NCBI GenBank assembly: GCA_964372775.1
Contig: CAYJRJ010000002.1
Coordinates: forward strand, 1-61,763
Direction: 5' to 3'
From: an uncultured Planctomycetales bacterium
GTDB lineage: Bacteria > Omnitrophota > Gorgyraeia > Aquiviventales > Aquiviventaceae
Length of the DNA: 61,763 nucleotides
A program made the translations under genes and the position numbers. Below the pieces are notes generated by a model, which was not told the DNA's origin, searched no databases, and saw only the letters and a list, made by a program, of their open reading frames with translations. Of this stretch, positions 34,757-43,564 are shown piece after piece; the stretch's first letter is position 1, and every line of letters begins with the position of its first letter.

Positions 34757-36300
34757 GCAAAACCATATTTCTGCAAACTTATGGGTGTCAAATGAACTCC
34801 CGGGATTCGGAGGAAGTGCTTGGGATGCTGACGGCGCAGGGCTACGAGATTGCTGAGCAGCCTGAGGCAGCCGACGTCATCCTCCTCAATACCTGCTCGG
34901 TGAGGCAGCATGCCGAGGAGCGGGCGTTCGGCAAGATGGGAGAGCTCTCCGAGCTGAAGAAGGAGAAGCCCGACCTCGTGCTGGGCATCATTGGGTGTAT
35001 GGCGAAACTGCAGCAAGAAGATATCTTTCGACGTCTGCCCCGGGTTGATCTAGTGGCCGGTCCTGCCGAATTGTACGATTTGCCGTATCTGTTAGCGGAG
35101 ATACAAGAGAAGCGCCAAAAAACAGACTTGGCTGAGGGTTATGGGTTGGGGGTTGGGGGCAAGAATGGTCTGCCCACAACCCCGAACCCCCAACCCCGAA
35201 CCAGGGTGGTCGCGGTGAGACGGCAGTACCGGCCACTTGAGAAGAAGCCGGTTGGCGATTACCGTACGCCTGGCGTCAACGCGTTCGTCACCATCATGGA
35301 AGGGTGCGACAAGGCGTGCACGTACTGCATCGTGCCCAAGACGCGCGGGCAGGAGATCTCGCGCCCCGCCGAGGAGATTCTTGAAGAGCTCAACCGCCTC
35401 GTTGAGGCTGGCTACCAGGACATCACGCTGCTGGGTCAAAACGTCAACTCCTACGGCAAGCGGTTTCCGGATGGCTCAGGCTACAAGGGTCCGCTTGGCC
35501 GACTGCGTCTCTTAGAGGAAGAGCCTGACTCGCTGCTCGATTTTCCGGCGCTCTTACGGCGCATCGACGCTTCGCTACGAAATGGGGACAGTCCCCTTTT
35601 TCCGAAGGGAAAAAGGGGACTGTCCCCATTACGGGTGCGGTTTACGACGAGCCATCCGTTTGACGCCAACGAGCGGCTGTTTGAGGCGATGCGCGACTGC
35701 GACTCGGTCTGCGAGTGGCTGCATTTGCCGGTGCAGTCCGGCTCCAACCGCATCCTGCGGGCGATGCGCCGGGGCTACACCGTCGAGGCTTACTTGAACA
35801 AGCTCGAGCAGCTGCGCCGCTGCGTGCCGGAGATCAGTCTCTCGACGGACATCATTGTCGGCTTCCCAGGAGAGACCGACGAAGACTTCCAGGCGACGGT
35901 GCGGCTGCTCGAGGAAGTCCGCTACGACATCGCCTACATCTTTAAGTACTCGCCACGGCCGGGGACGGATGCGGCCGCGCGCGAGGATGATGTGCCCCAA
36001 GAGGTGAAAGAAGAGCGCAACCAAATACTCCTCGCGCTGCACGAACAGATCCTGCGCGAGCTGCTGGCCGCGTTCGTCGGCCGCGAGGTCGAGCTCCTCA
36101 TCGAAGGGCCTGGCAAGATGCCCGGCCAATGGTTCGGCCGCACCCGCGGCAACTACGGCGTCATTGTGGAAAGCGACAGCCCGATCATCGGAGCGCGGCT
36201 GGATGTGACCATTGCCCGCGCCGGCTCGCGTACGCTGTTCGGCGCTCTACCCGCAGGTGAAATTTTTGTTGGACAGGGTTCACCTGTTGCGCGACAATAA
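34753..36300 (+). CDS. miaB: tRNA-i6A37 methylthiotransferase MiaB (with two in-frame palindrome-encoded inserts)
   Basis: TYGCQMN, the radical-SAM motif CDKACTYCIVP and a TRAM-like C-terminus are present, with miaA downstream. At 515 aa it is longer than the usual ~440-450 aa. Confidence 0.9.
   Translation: MSKTIFLQTYGCQMNSRDSEEVLGMLTAQGYEIAEQPEAADVILLNTCSVRQHAEERAFGKMGELSELKKEKPDLVLGIIGCMAKLQQEDIFRRLPRVDLVAGPAELYDLPYLLAEIQEKRQKTDLAEGYGLGVGGKNGLPTTPNPQPRTRVVAVRRQYRPLEKKPVGDYRTPGVNAFVTIMEGCDKACTYCIVPKTRGQEISRPAEEILEELNRLVEAGYQDITLLGQNVNSYGKRFPDGSGYKGPLGRLRLLEEEPDSLLDFPALLRRIDASLRNGDSPLFPKGKRGLSPLRVRFTTSHPFDANERLFEAMRDCDSVCEWLHLPVQSGSNRILRAMRRGYTVEAYLNKLEQLRRCVPEISLSTDIIVGFPGETDEDFQATVRLLEEVRYDIAYIFKYSPRPGTDAAAREDDVPQEVKEERNQILLALHEQILRELLAAFVGREVELLIEGPGKMPGQWFGRTRGNYGVIVESDSPIIGARLDVTIARAGSRTLFGALPAGEIFVGQGSPVARQ
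35136..35202. repeat. heptamer-periodic hairpin (GGGTTGG / CCCCRAA) inside the miaB frame
   Basis: gggttat gggttgg gggttgg ggg c aagaatggtct gcccacaa ccccgaa cccccaa ccccgaa cc. It encodes GYGLGVGGKNGLPTTPNPQPRT. Confidence 0.8.
35581..35630. repeat. perfect 23-bp GGGACAGTCCCC-family palindrome inside the miaB frame
   Basis: aatggggacagtcccctttttcc-gaag-ggaaaaaggggactgtccccatt. It encodes NGDSPLFPKGKRGLSPL between RRIDAS and RVRFTTSHP. Confidence 0.9.
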
Positions 36301-36353
36301 CAGTTACGCAAGCGAACGACCCGGGTACAGGACATACCGACAGGGGAGTTTGT

Positions 36354-37292
36354 ATGCAGCGTGTGATCGCACTGGTGGGGCCCACGGCGGTCGGCAAGAC
36401 CGCGGTGGCGGTGGAACTCGCGCACACACTGGGCGCGGAGATCGTCTCCTGCGACTCGATGCAGGTCTACCGCCACACCGCTATTCTCACCCAAGCTCCC
36501 ACGCACGCGCAGCGTGCGCAAGTCCAACACCATCTCATCGATTGCATTGAGCCCACCCAATCGTTCAGCGCCGGCGAATACCGCCGCTCGACCCTGCCGA
36601 TTATCGATCAGATCCTTGAGCGCGGCAAGCGCGTGCTGGTCGTCGGCGGGACCGGGCTGTATCTCAAGGCGATCACCGAGGGGCTCTGCGACGCGCCGCC
36701 GGCCGATATGCGGGTGCGAGAGCAGCTCTGGACCGAGTGCCATGGCGTTGGCAGCACGACGCTCTACAACCGCCTCCAGGGCATCGACTCCGTCGCGGCC
36801 TCCCGCATCCACCCGAATGACGCGCGCCGCATCGTGCGAGCGCTTGAAGTCTACGCGCTGACCGGCAAGCCGATCTCCAGCTGGTGGCGCACCGCCAGCC
36901 TTGAGCTGCTGCAGGGCCAGGTGACCGTCATCGGCCTGAACCGGGACCGCGATGAGCTCTACCGGCGGATCGATGAGCGCGTCCTCGACATGGTGTACGA
37001 GCAGGGGGTCATCAACGAAGTGCGGCATCTGCTGGGCTGGCCCCTCTCGAGGACGGTGCGGCAGGTGCACGGGCTGGCCGATCTTGAGCAGTACCTCACC
37101 GGCCGGCTCACGCTGACGCAAACCATGGAAGTGTGGCAGCAGCGCGTGCGCAACTACGCCAAGCGCCAGCTGATCTGGTTCCGTCAAACGCCGAATATTC
37201 AGTGGGTGGATGTGCCGTCCGAAGAGCATCCCTGGGAAACCGCGGCCAGGGTCCTGGAGCGTTTCCGCAGCCATCAGACCCAGTTGGTCTAG
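36354..37292 (+). CDS. miaA: tRNA dimethylallyltransferase
   Basis: P-loop GPTAVGKT, SCDSMQVYR and HHLID are present. Length is 312 aa. Confidence 0.93.
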   Translation: MQRVIALVGPTAVGKTAVAVELAHTLGAEIVSCDSMQVYRHTAILTQAPTHAQRAQVQHHLIDCIEPTQSFSAGEYRRSTLPIIDQILERGKRVLVVGGTGLYLKAITEGLCDAPPADMRVREQLWTECHGVGSTTLYNRLQGIDSVAASRIHPNDARRIVRALEVYALTGKPISSWWRTASLELLQGQVTVIGLNRDRDELYRRIDERVLDMVYEQGVINEVRHLLGWPLSRTVRQVHGLADLEQYLTGRLTLTQTMEVWQQRVRNYAKRQLIWFRQTPNIQWVDVPSEEHPWETAARVLERFRSHQTQLV

Positions 37293-37348
37293 CTGTCCCC
37301 GCTCGGTTTCTCCGCTGCTCCTGCCTGTGTTGTCCGGTATTCGTCGTG

Positions 37349-38617
37349 ATGCCTGCTGAGCGCGCGCTCTTGATCACCGTCCAACTCGATCCGCGATTCT
37401 CCAAGGGCCGAGCGCTCTGGTCGCTCGATGACGAGGCGCAGGAGCTGCGTGAGCTTGCGGTTTCCTCCGGCTGCCGCATCGTGGGAGAGGTGGCAGCTAG
37501 GCGCCACCGGCCGATGCCCGGCACCTACCTGGGAAGCGGCAAGCTCGAGGAGATTGCCGCATCGGCGCAGGAGCTGCAGCCCCACGTGGTCGTCTTCAAT
37601 GACGAGCTCTCCCCGGCCCAGCAGCGCAATATCGAAGACGCGGTGCAGGTCAAAACCATCGATCGCACCCAGCTTATTCTGGATATCTTCGCCCAGCGCG
37701 CCCGCTCGCAGGAGGGCAAGATCCAGGTCGAGTTAGCCCAGCTGCGCTATCTGCTGCCGCGCCTGGTCGGCAAGGGGATCATGCTCTCGCGCCTTGGTGG
37801 CGGCATCGGCACGCGCGGCCCCGGCGAGCAAAAACTGGAGGTGGACCGTCGGCGTATCCGCGCGCGCATCACCCGGCTGACACATGAGCTCGAGAAACTG
37901 GGCCGCCGGCGGGGCGCCGCACGCGCACAGCGCCGGGAGGCCGGCGTGCCTGTCGTGGCGTTGGTCGGCTACACGAACGCCGGCAAGACCACGCTGCTCA
38001 ACCGGCTGACCGGAGCTGCGGCCACCGCGCAGAACCAGCTCTTCACGACCCTCGATCCGCTGGCGCGCCGGCTGCGCTTGCCCGCAGGGGAAACAGTCGT
38101 CCTGACCGATACCGTGGGATTTCTCCATCATCTGCCTCACCACCTGATTGAAGCGTTCAAGGCCACGCTTGAGGAAACGCGCGACGCGGATCTGTTGCTG
38201 CACGTGCTAGATGCCAGCCACCCCTTGGTCTCGGAGCATGCGGCGGCGGTCGAAGAGGTCTTGGCGGGACTCCAGATGAAGGATAAGTCGACGATGACGG
38301 TCCTCAACAAATGCGACCGGATTGCTGATGCGCAACGGGTGGCGGCGCTTGAACTTGCCTATCAGCCGTCTGCCGCCACTTCGGCAACAACAGGGCAGGG
38401 GCTTGAGGCGCTGCTCTCACTCATTGAGCATCAACTTGGGCTCTTGCTCGTGGAGCCGGCCTCCCTGCGCATTCCCGCGGAGCGCTCCGATCTGGTGGCC
38501 CTGATCTACCGCTCAGGGCAGGTGGTGCGCCGCCAAGAGCTGGATGGGTCGGTGGAGCTGTTAGCCCGCATTCCCGGCACACTCAAAGCTTTGCTGTCGG
38601 CCTATCTTCTCTCTTGA
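37349..38617 (+). CDS. hflX: GTPase HflX
   Basis: An HflX N-domain, GYTNAGKTTLLN, DTVGF and NKCD are present. Confidence 0.92.
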   Translation: MPAERALLITVQLDPRFSKGRALWSLDDEAQELRELAVSSGCRIVGEVAARRHRPMPGTYLGSGKLEEIAASAQELQPHVVVFNDELSPAQQRNIEDAVQVKTIDRTQLILDIFAQRARSQEGKIQVELAQLRYLLPRLVGKGIMLSRLGGGIGTRGPGEQKLEVDRRRIRARITRLTHELEKLGRRRGAARAQRREAGVPVVALVGYTNAGKTTLLNRLTGAAATAQNQLFTTLDPLARRLRLPAGETVVLTDTVGFLHHLPHHLIEAFKATLEETRDADLLLHVLDASHPLVSEHAAAVEEVLAGLQMKDKSTMTVLNKCDRIADAQRVAALELAYQPSAATSATTGQGLEALLSLIEHQLGLLLVEPASLRIPAERSDLVALIYRSGQVVRRQELDGSVELLARIPGTLKALLSAYLLS

Positions 38618-38642
38618 CAGGAGAGTTCCATTCGGATATATT
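38614..38642 (+). promoter_or_regulatory. sigma70-type promoter TTGACA-17-TATATT for the hrcA operon
   Basis: Both hexamers were read directly. The -35 overlaps the hflX stop. Confidence 0.6.
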
Positions 38643-38646
38643 TGAG

Positions 38647-38673
38647 TTAGCACTCATAAGTTGTGAGTGCTAA
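38647..38673 (+). promoter_or_regulatory. CIRCE operator (HrcA binding site)
   Basis: TTAGCACTC-ataagttgt-GAGTGCTAA is a perfect match to the CIRCE consensus TTAGCACTC-N9-GAGTGCTAA. Confidence 0.95.
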
Positions 38674-38686
38674 ATAGTAGAGGAAT

Positions 38687-39739
38687 ATGAGCGTAACTGA
38701 CTTTGATACAAGGAGAAACAAGATCCTCGAGATCATCATCGAGGCCCATGTGGAGACCGCGGCTCCCGTGGGTTCTGAGCTGGTGGCCAAGAAATTCCGC
38801 CTGAGCCTGAGCCCGGCGACCATCCGCAACGTGATGGTGGAGCTGGAGGAGATCGGCTACCTCGAGCAGCCCCACACCTCGGCGGGCCGGGTGCCGACCG
38901 ATCGGGGCTACCGCTATTTTGTGGATGCGGTGATGGATATCCGCCACCTCTCACCCGAAGAGCTGCGCCGGATGGAAGCGCTGCTGAATCAGCAGGAGCA
39001 GGACGTGGAACAACTGCTCGAGCGGGCCGGCTCCATCCTTTCGGAGCTAACACAGCAGGCTGCGTTTTCAGTGGTGCCCACCGTGAAACAGAGCACGGTC
39101 AGGCAGATTGAACTGGTGCCGCTGGGCGTGCGCAAGCTGCTGTGCGTGATGATCACCAATGAGGAGATCATCGCCTCGCACGTGGTGGAGATTGAAGGGA
39201 CCATGACCCGTGATGAGGCGGCCGCGCTCGCGCGATTCATCAACACCGAGCTCGTCGGCCTGCCCTTCAGCGATCTGCTGGATTCGCTTGAGCGGAGGAT
39301 GCTGGCCCAGACGGATTCGTTTTATCACCTAATCAAACGGTCGCTCGATATTCTCGAGCATGCGCTTTCGACCGAGCCGGAGGAACGGCTGTTTCTGGAT
39401 GGCGCTAGCTATGTGGTGTCGCAGCCGGAGTTTAGCCGCGACCCGCGCAAGGCCTACGAGTTGGTGAAGGGGCTGGATGCGGAAGGGCTCTTGCTGGAGC
39501 GGGTACGTCAGGACATCGCCGCCGACGGTGTTCGGGTGCGCATCGGCCGTGAGGTGGGTGTGCCCGGGCTGGATGAGTGCAGTTACCTGACCGCGCCGTT
39601 CACCATGGGGCAAGAGGTGATCGGCGGGATCGGGGTGATCGGCCCGAAGCGCCTGGACTATCCCCGGACACGCGCGCTCGTTGAAGGCATGGGCCGCTGC
39701 GTGAGCAAACTGCTGGGCCGCTGGAGCGGGACTCCATGA
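38687..39739 (+). CDS. hrcA: heat-inducible transcription repressor HrcA
   Basis: R..IL..II..Y..T..PVGS..L... S.ATIRN.M..LE..G pattern (RRNKILEIIIEAHVETAAPVGSELVAKKFRLSLSPATIRNVMVELEEIGYL). Confidence 0.93.
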   Translation: MSVTDFDTRRNKILEIIIEAHVETAAPVGSELVAKKFRLSLSPATIRNVMVELEEIGYLEQPHTSAGRVPTDRGYRYFVDAVMDIRHLSPEELRRMEALLNQQEQDVEQLLERAGSILSELTQQAAFSVVPTVKQSTVRQIELVPLGVRKLLCVMITNEEIIASHVVEIEGTMTRDEAAALARFINTELVGLPFSDLLDSLERRMLAQTDSFYHLIKRSLDILEHALSTEPEERLFLDGASYVVSQPEFSRDPRKAYELVKGLDAEGLLLERVRQDIAADGVRVRIGREVGVPGLDECSYLTAPFTMGQEVIGGIGVIGPKRLDYPRTRALVEGMGRCVSKLLGRWSGTP

Positions 39740-40311
39740 GCGACAAGCGGCACCACGAGCCTGTCGTGGCGCACGATGAGCTCGAGCGGCTTCGGCAGGA
39801 AGCCGCCACGGCCAAGGATCAGTACCTGCGGACATTAGCCGAGTTTGAGAATGCGAAAAAGCGGCTTCATCGCGAGAAGGAAGAGTTTTCGAAGTACGCG
39901 GCGGAGTCGCTGGTGCGGGAGCTGCTGCCGATTATGGACAGCTTGGACCAGGCACTCGTGGCCGTCGATCCCTCGACTCGCCCCGCCATGGCGGGGCTCG
40001 CTCGGGACTCCGCCCCTGCGGGGCTTCGTAAACAGCCGGACATGGAGGCGATCCTCAAAGGCATCCAGCTCATTCACCGACAGCTCTTGAAGCTGCTCGA
40101 GAAAGAGGGCGTCCAGCGAATTCCGACGGTGGGTGAGGCGTTTGATCCGCACCGGCACGAAGCCGTCGCGCAAGTGGAGCCCAGTGATGGGCAAGCGGAC
40201 AACACCATTGCGGAAGAAGTGCACGTCGGCTACACCATGCACGGGAAGGTGATTCGGCCGGCGATCGTGAAAGTGGCGAAACGAGGTCAGAAGTTGGAAA
40301 CTGGAAGCTAG
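39736..40311 (+). CDS. grpE: nucleotide exchange factor GrpE
   Basis: LR..AEFENAKKR..RE and GY..HGKVIRPA.V.V are present. Its ATG overlaps the hrcA stop. Confidence 0.92.
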   Translation: MSDKRHHEPVVAHDELERLRQEAATAKDQYLRTLAEFENAKKRLHREKEEFSKYAAESLVRELLPIMDSLDQALVAVDPSTRPAMAGLARDSAPAGLRKQPDMEAILKGIQLIHRQLLKLLEKEGVQRIPTVGEAFDPHRHEAVAQVEPSDGQADNTIAEEVHVGYTMHGKVIRPAIVKVAKRGQKLETGS

Positions 40312-40368
40312 AAGTTGGAACTGCGGTTGCTTTTTCTAACTTCCAGCATCCAATGTCCAACATCCAAC
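40289..40368. repeat. heptamer-periodic hairpin (AGAAGTT/GGAAGCT family, same as 24549) overlapping the grpE 3' end
   Basis: agaagtt ggaaact ggaagct agaagtt ggaa ... ttctaac ttccagc atccaat gtccaac atccaac. The 5' arm encodes the last residues of GrpE (QKLETGS*). Confidence 0.85.
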
Positions 40369-40402
40369 ACGAACGGCTGTAAGTAACGAGGAGGTTCTTG
40401 CA

Positions 40403-42280
40403 ATGGCTAAGGTCATTGGGATCGATCTCGGAACGTCCAACTCAGCCTGTGCGGTGATGGAGCAGGGGCGGCCGGCGATCATCCCGTCAGCGGAAGGGAC
40501 AAGCGTCGGCGGCAAGGCGTTTCCGTCCTACGTGGCGTTCACGAAGGACGGGCAGCTCTTGATCGGTGAGCCGGCCCGTCGGCAAGCGGCCACCAATCCG
40601 GAAGGGACGGTGCAGGCGGCCAAGCGGAAGATGGGCACCGACCATGTCTATCGGATCAGCGGCAAGGAGTACACGCCGCAGCAGATCTCGGCGTTCATCC
40701 TGCAGAAGGTCAAGCGGGATGCCGAAGCTCACCTGGGTGAGCCGGTCAAAGAGGTGGTCATCACCGTGCCCGCGTATTTCAACGACAACCAGCGCCAGGC
40801 CACGAAAGATGCGGGGGCCATCGCTGGCTTGGAGGTGCTGCGCATCATCAATGAGCCCACCGCCGCGTGTCTGGCCTACGGGCTCGACAAGGCGGGCAAA
40901 GAGCAGAAGATCCTCGTATTTGATCTGGGTGGCGGCACGCTTGATGTGACCATCATGGACATGGCGCAGGGGGTCTTTGAGGTGAAGTCCACCAGCGGCG
41001 ATACGCAGCTGGGCGGCACCGACATGGATCTGGCGTTGGTGGACTACATCGCCGGTGAGTTCAGGAAGGAAACCGGCATTGACGTGCGCCAGGACAAGAT
41101 GGCGGCCCAGCGCATCCGCGAAGCGGTGGAGAAGGCGAAGATCGAGCTCTCCAACGTGCTGGAGACGGATCTGAACCTGCCGTTTATCACTGCGGATGCC
41201 TCTGGCCCCAAGCACCTGACGACGAAGTTGACCCGCGCGACGCTGGAACGGTTGATCGAGCCGATCATCGGCCGCTGCCGCGCTCCGGTGGAGCGCGCGC
41301 TCTCGGATGCCAAGCTGCGTCCGTCGGACATTGACCGGATCATCCTGGTGGGCGGGCCGACCCGCATGCCCATCGTCCAGAAGTTCGTGGAAGAGGCGGT
41401 CGGCAAGAAGGTGGAGCGCGGCGTGGATCCGATGGAATGTGTCGCCATGGGTGCCGCCATCCAAGCCGGCATCATCAAGGGGGATGTGAAAGACATCCTG
41501 CTCTTGGATGTCACACCGCTCTCCCTGGGGATCGAGACCATGGGCGGCATCTTCACCAAGCTCATCGAGCGCAACACGACGATTCCGACGAAAAAGAGCA
41601 ACGTCTTTTCCACGGCGGCCGACAACCAGCCGGCCGTGACGGTGAGCGTCTCTCAGGGCGAGCGGCCCATGGCGGCGGACAACACGCGCCTGGGCCAGTT
41701 TAACCTCGAGGGCATCCCGCCAGCACCCCGCGGCGTGCCGCAGATCGAGGTGACGTTCGACATCGACGCCAACGGCATCGTGCACGTCTCGGCGAAGGAC
41801 CTGGGAACCGGCAAGGAGCAGTCGATCAAGATCAGCGCGCCGCAGAAGCTCGCGAAGGATGAGATCGAGAAGATGGTCAAGCAGGCCGAGCAGTTCGCCG
41901 ACGACGACAAGAAGCGCCGCGAGCTGGCCGAGGCCAAGAATCAGGCGGACCAGCTCGTCTACTCGACGGAGAAGAGCCTCAAGGATCTCGGCGACAAAGT
42001 GAGCCAGTCCGACCGGCTCGCCATCGAGCAGGCCGCGCGCGATCTCAAGGACGCCATCAAGTCGGACGACGCCGAGAAGATCACGCGAGGCACCGACGCG
42101 CTGACGCAAGCGTCGCACAAGCTGGCGGAAGAGGTGTACAAGAAAGCCCAGGCGCAGGGGGCGGGGGGCAAGGGGCGTGGGGCGGGGGAAACCGCCCAAG
42201 AAGAACCGGCAGAGAAGGGCCGCGGGAAGGACGACAAGGTCGTCGACGCCGAGTTCAAAGTGCAGGACGACAAAAAGTGA
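40403..42280 (+). CDS. dnaK: molecular chaperone DnaK (Hsp70)
   Basis: [19 protein letters not shown] and the remaining Hsp70 signatures are present. Confidence 0.97.
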   Translation: MAKVIGIDLGTSNSACAVMEQGRPAIIPSAEGTSVGGKAFPSYVAFTKDGQLLIGEPARRQAATNPEGTVQAAKRKMGTDHVYRISGKEYTPQQISAFILQKVKRDAEAHLGEPVKEVVITVPAYFNDNQRQATKDAGAIAGLEVLRIINEPTAACLAYGLDKAGKEQKILVFDLGGGTLDVTIMDMAQGVFEVKSTSGDTQLGGTDMDLALVDYIAGEFRKETGIDVRQDKMAAQRIREAVEKAKIELSNVLETDLNLPFITADASGPKHLTTKLTRATLERLIEPIIGRCRAPVERALSDAKLRPSDIDRIILVGGPTRMPIVQKFVEEAVGKKVERGVDPMECVAMGAAIQAGIIKGDVKDILLLDVTPLSLGIETMGGIFTKLIERNTTIPTKKSNVFSTAADNQPAVTVSVSQGERPMAADNTRLGQFNLEGIPPAPRGVPQIEVTFDIDANGIVHVSAKDLGTGKEQSIKISAPQKLAKDEIEKMVKQAEQFADDDKKRRELAEAKNQADQLVYSTEKSLKDLGDKVSQSDRLAIEQAARDLKDAIKSDDAEKITRGTDALTQASHKLAEEVYKKAQAQGAGGKGRGAGETAQEEPAEKGRGKDDKVVDAEFKVQDDKK

Positions 42281-42367
42281 GCGTTAGCCTGTTAGCGCGT
42301 TTGCGAGTTAGCGTGTTGCCGAGGAACCTCAACCCGCAAACGCGATAACGCGCCAACGCGCAAACGC
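42281..42367. repeat. 8-nt periodic hairpin (GCGTTAGC / GCGCAAAC type)
   Basis: gcgttagc ctgttagc gcgtttgc gagttagc gtgttgcc ... cgcaaac gcgataac gcgccaac gcgcaaac gc. Confidence 0.8.
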
Positions 42368-42371
42368 TGTC

Positions 42372-43502
42372 ATGCCGACGACGAAACGTGACTATTACGA
42401 GATCCTCGGGGTGCCCAAGGGCGCCTCGGTCGAGGAGATCAAGAAGGCGTACCGCACGCTCGCGCTGAAGCACCATCCGGACCGCGTGGGCGCCGACAAG
42501 AAGAAGGACGCCGAGGAGCAGTTCAAAGAGATCTCCGAGGCCTACGCGGTGCTCTCCGATTCCCAGAAGCGCTCGGTGTACGACCAGTACGGCCACTCCG
42601 GCTTCGACCAACGCTACTCGACGGAAGACATCTTCCGCGGCGCCGATTTCTCCAGCATCTTCGAGGACCTCGGCTTTGGCGGCTCGATCTTTGAGAGCCT
42701 CTTCGGCGGGGGCGATCTGTTCGGCGGCGGGGGTCGGCGGAGTACTCGTGGCTCCGATCTGGAGTTCGAGCTGCCGCTCACGTTTGAGGAAGCCGCCAAG
42801 GGCATCACCAGGACCGTGACTGTGCCGCGGCGAGAGACCTGTCCCGATTGTCGGGGTGGGGGGGGTGAGCGGTCGACCTGCTCTGCCTGTGAGGGTAGAG
42901 GCCAGATCCGCCAGACCGCCGGCTTCATGGTCATCGCGCGCACGTGCAGCCGCTGCGGCGGGGCGGGCAGCACGGTGAAGAAAGCCTGCGCGCATTGCCG
43001 GGGCGAGGGTCGTATCCGCGTAGAGCGCAAGATTCAGGTCAAGGTGCCCGGCGGGATCGAGTCCGGCATGCGCTTGCGGCTGGCCGGCGAGGGCGAGGCC
43101 GGCAGCCGTGGACGCGGTGATCTCTACGTCCACGTCATCGTGAGCGAGCACCAGGTGTTCCATCGTGAAGGGCCGCATTTGATGGTGGAGTATCCCATCA
43201 GCCTTGCGCAGGCAGCGCTAGGAGCCGATGTGGACGTGCCCACGCTCAACGGCCGCGTGTCGATGAAAGTGCCCGCCGGCACCCAAAGCGGCACGGTGTT
43301 TCGGGTGCGCGGCAAGGGGCTCCCTGACGTGCACGACGGGCGCACCGGCGACCTGCTCGTTCGGGTGGCCGTGGAAACGCCCACGCATCTCAGCGCCACC
43401 CAGCGGCGGGCCGTCGAGGAGCTTGGGAAAGCGTTAGGGGACGATGTGTATCCGTCCCGTCAATCATTTCTTTCGAAAGTGAAGGACCTTCTGAGACGAT
43501 GA
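42372..43502 (+). CDS. dnaJ: molecular chaperone DnaJ
   Basis: J domain with HPD (KHHPDR), a G/F-rich linker and four CxxCxGxG zinc-finger repeats. Confidence 0.96.
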   Translation: MPTTKRDYYEILGVPKGASVEEIKKAYRTLALKHHPDRVGADKKKDAEEQFKEISEAYAVLSDSQKRSVYDQYGHSGFDQRYSTEDIFRGADFSSIFEDLGFGGSIFESLFGGGDLFGGGGRRSTRGSDLEFELPLTFEEAAKGITRTVTVPRRETCPDCRGGGGERSTCSACEGRGQIRQTAGFMVIARTCSRCGGAGSTVKKACAHCRGEGRIRVERKIQVKVPGGIESGMRLRLAGEGEAGSRGRGDLYVHVIVSEHQVFHREGPHLMVEYPISLAQAALGADVDVPTLNGRVSMKVPAGTQSGTVFRVRGKGLPDVHDGRTGDLLVRVAVETPTHLSATQRRAVEELGKALGDDVYPSRQSFLSKVKDLLRR

Positions 43503-43506
43503 GCAG

Positions 43507-43539
43507 AATGCGGAGTTCGGAATGCGGAGTTCGGAATGC
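43507..43539. repeat. single arm of the CGGAATG/CGGAGTT heptamer family
   Basis: aatgcgg agttcgg aatgcgg agttcgg aatgc. No complementary arm follows. Confidence 0.75.
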
Positions 43540-43564
43540 TACGATGCTCTTCAGCGCTTGAACG

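Noticed and set aside
40487-42199. A 570-aa ORF lies antisense to dnaK.
   Set aside because: This is the classic shadow ORF opposite dnaK in GC-rich genomes, historically mis-annotated as NAD-glutamate dehydrogenase. It is Arg/Leu/Asp/His-rich, has no independent signals, and lies entirely inside an unambiguous Hsp70 gene.
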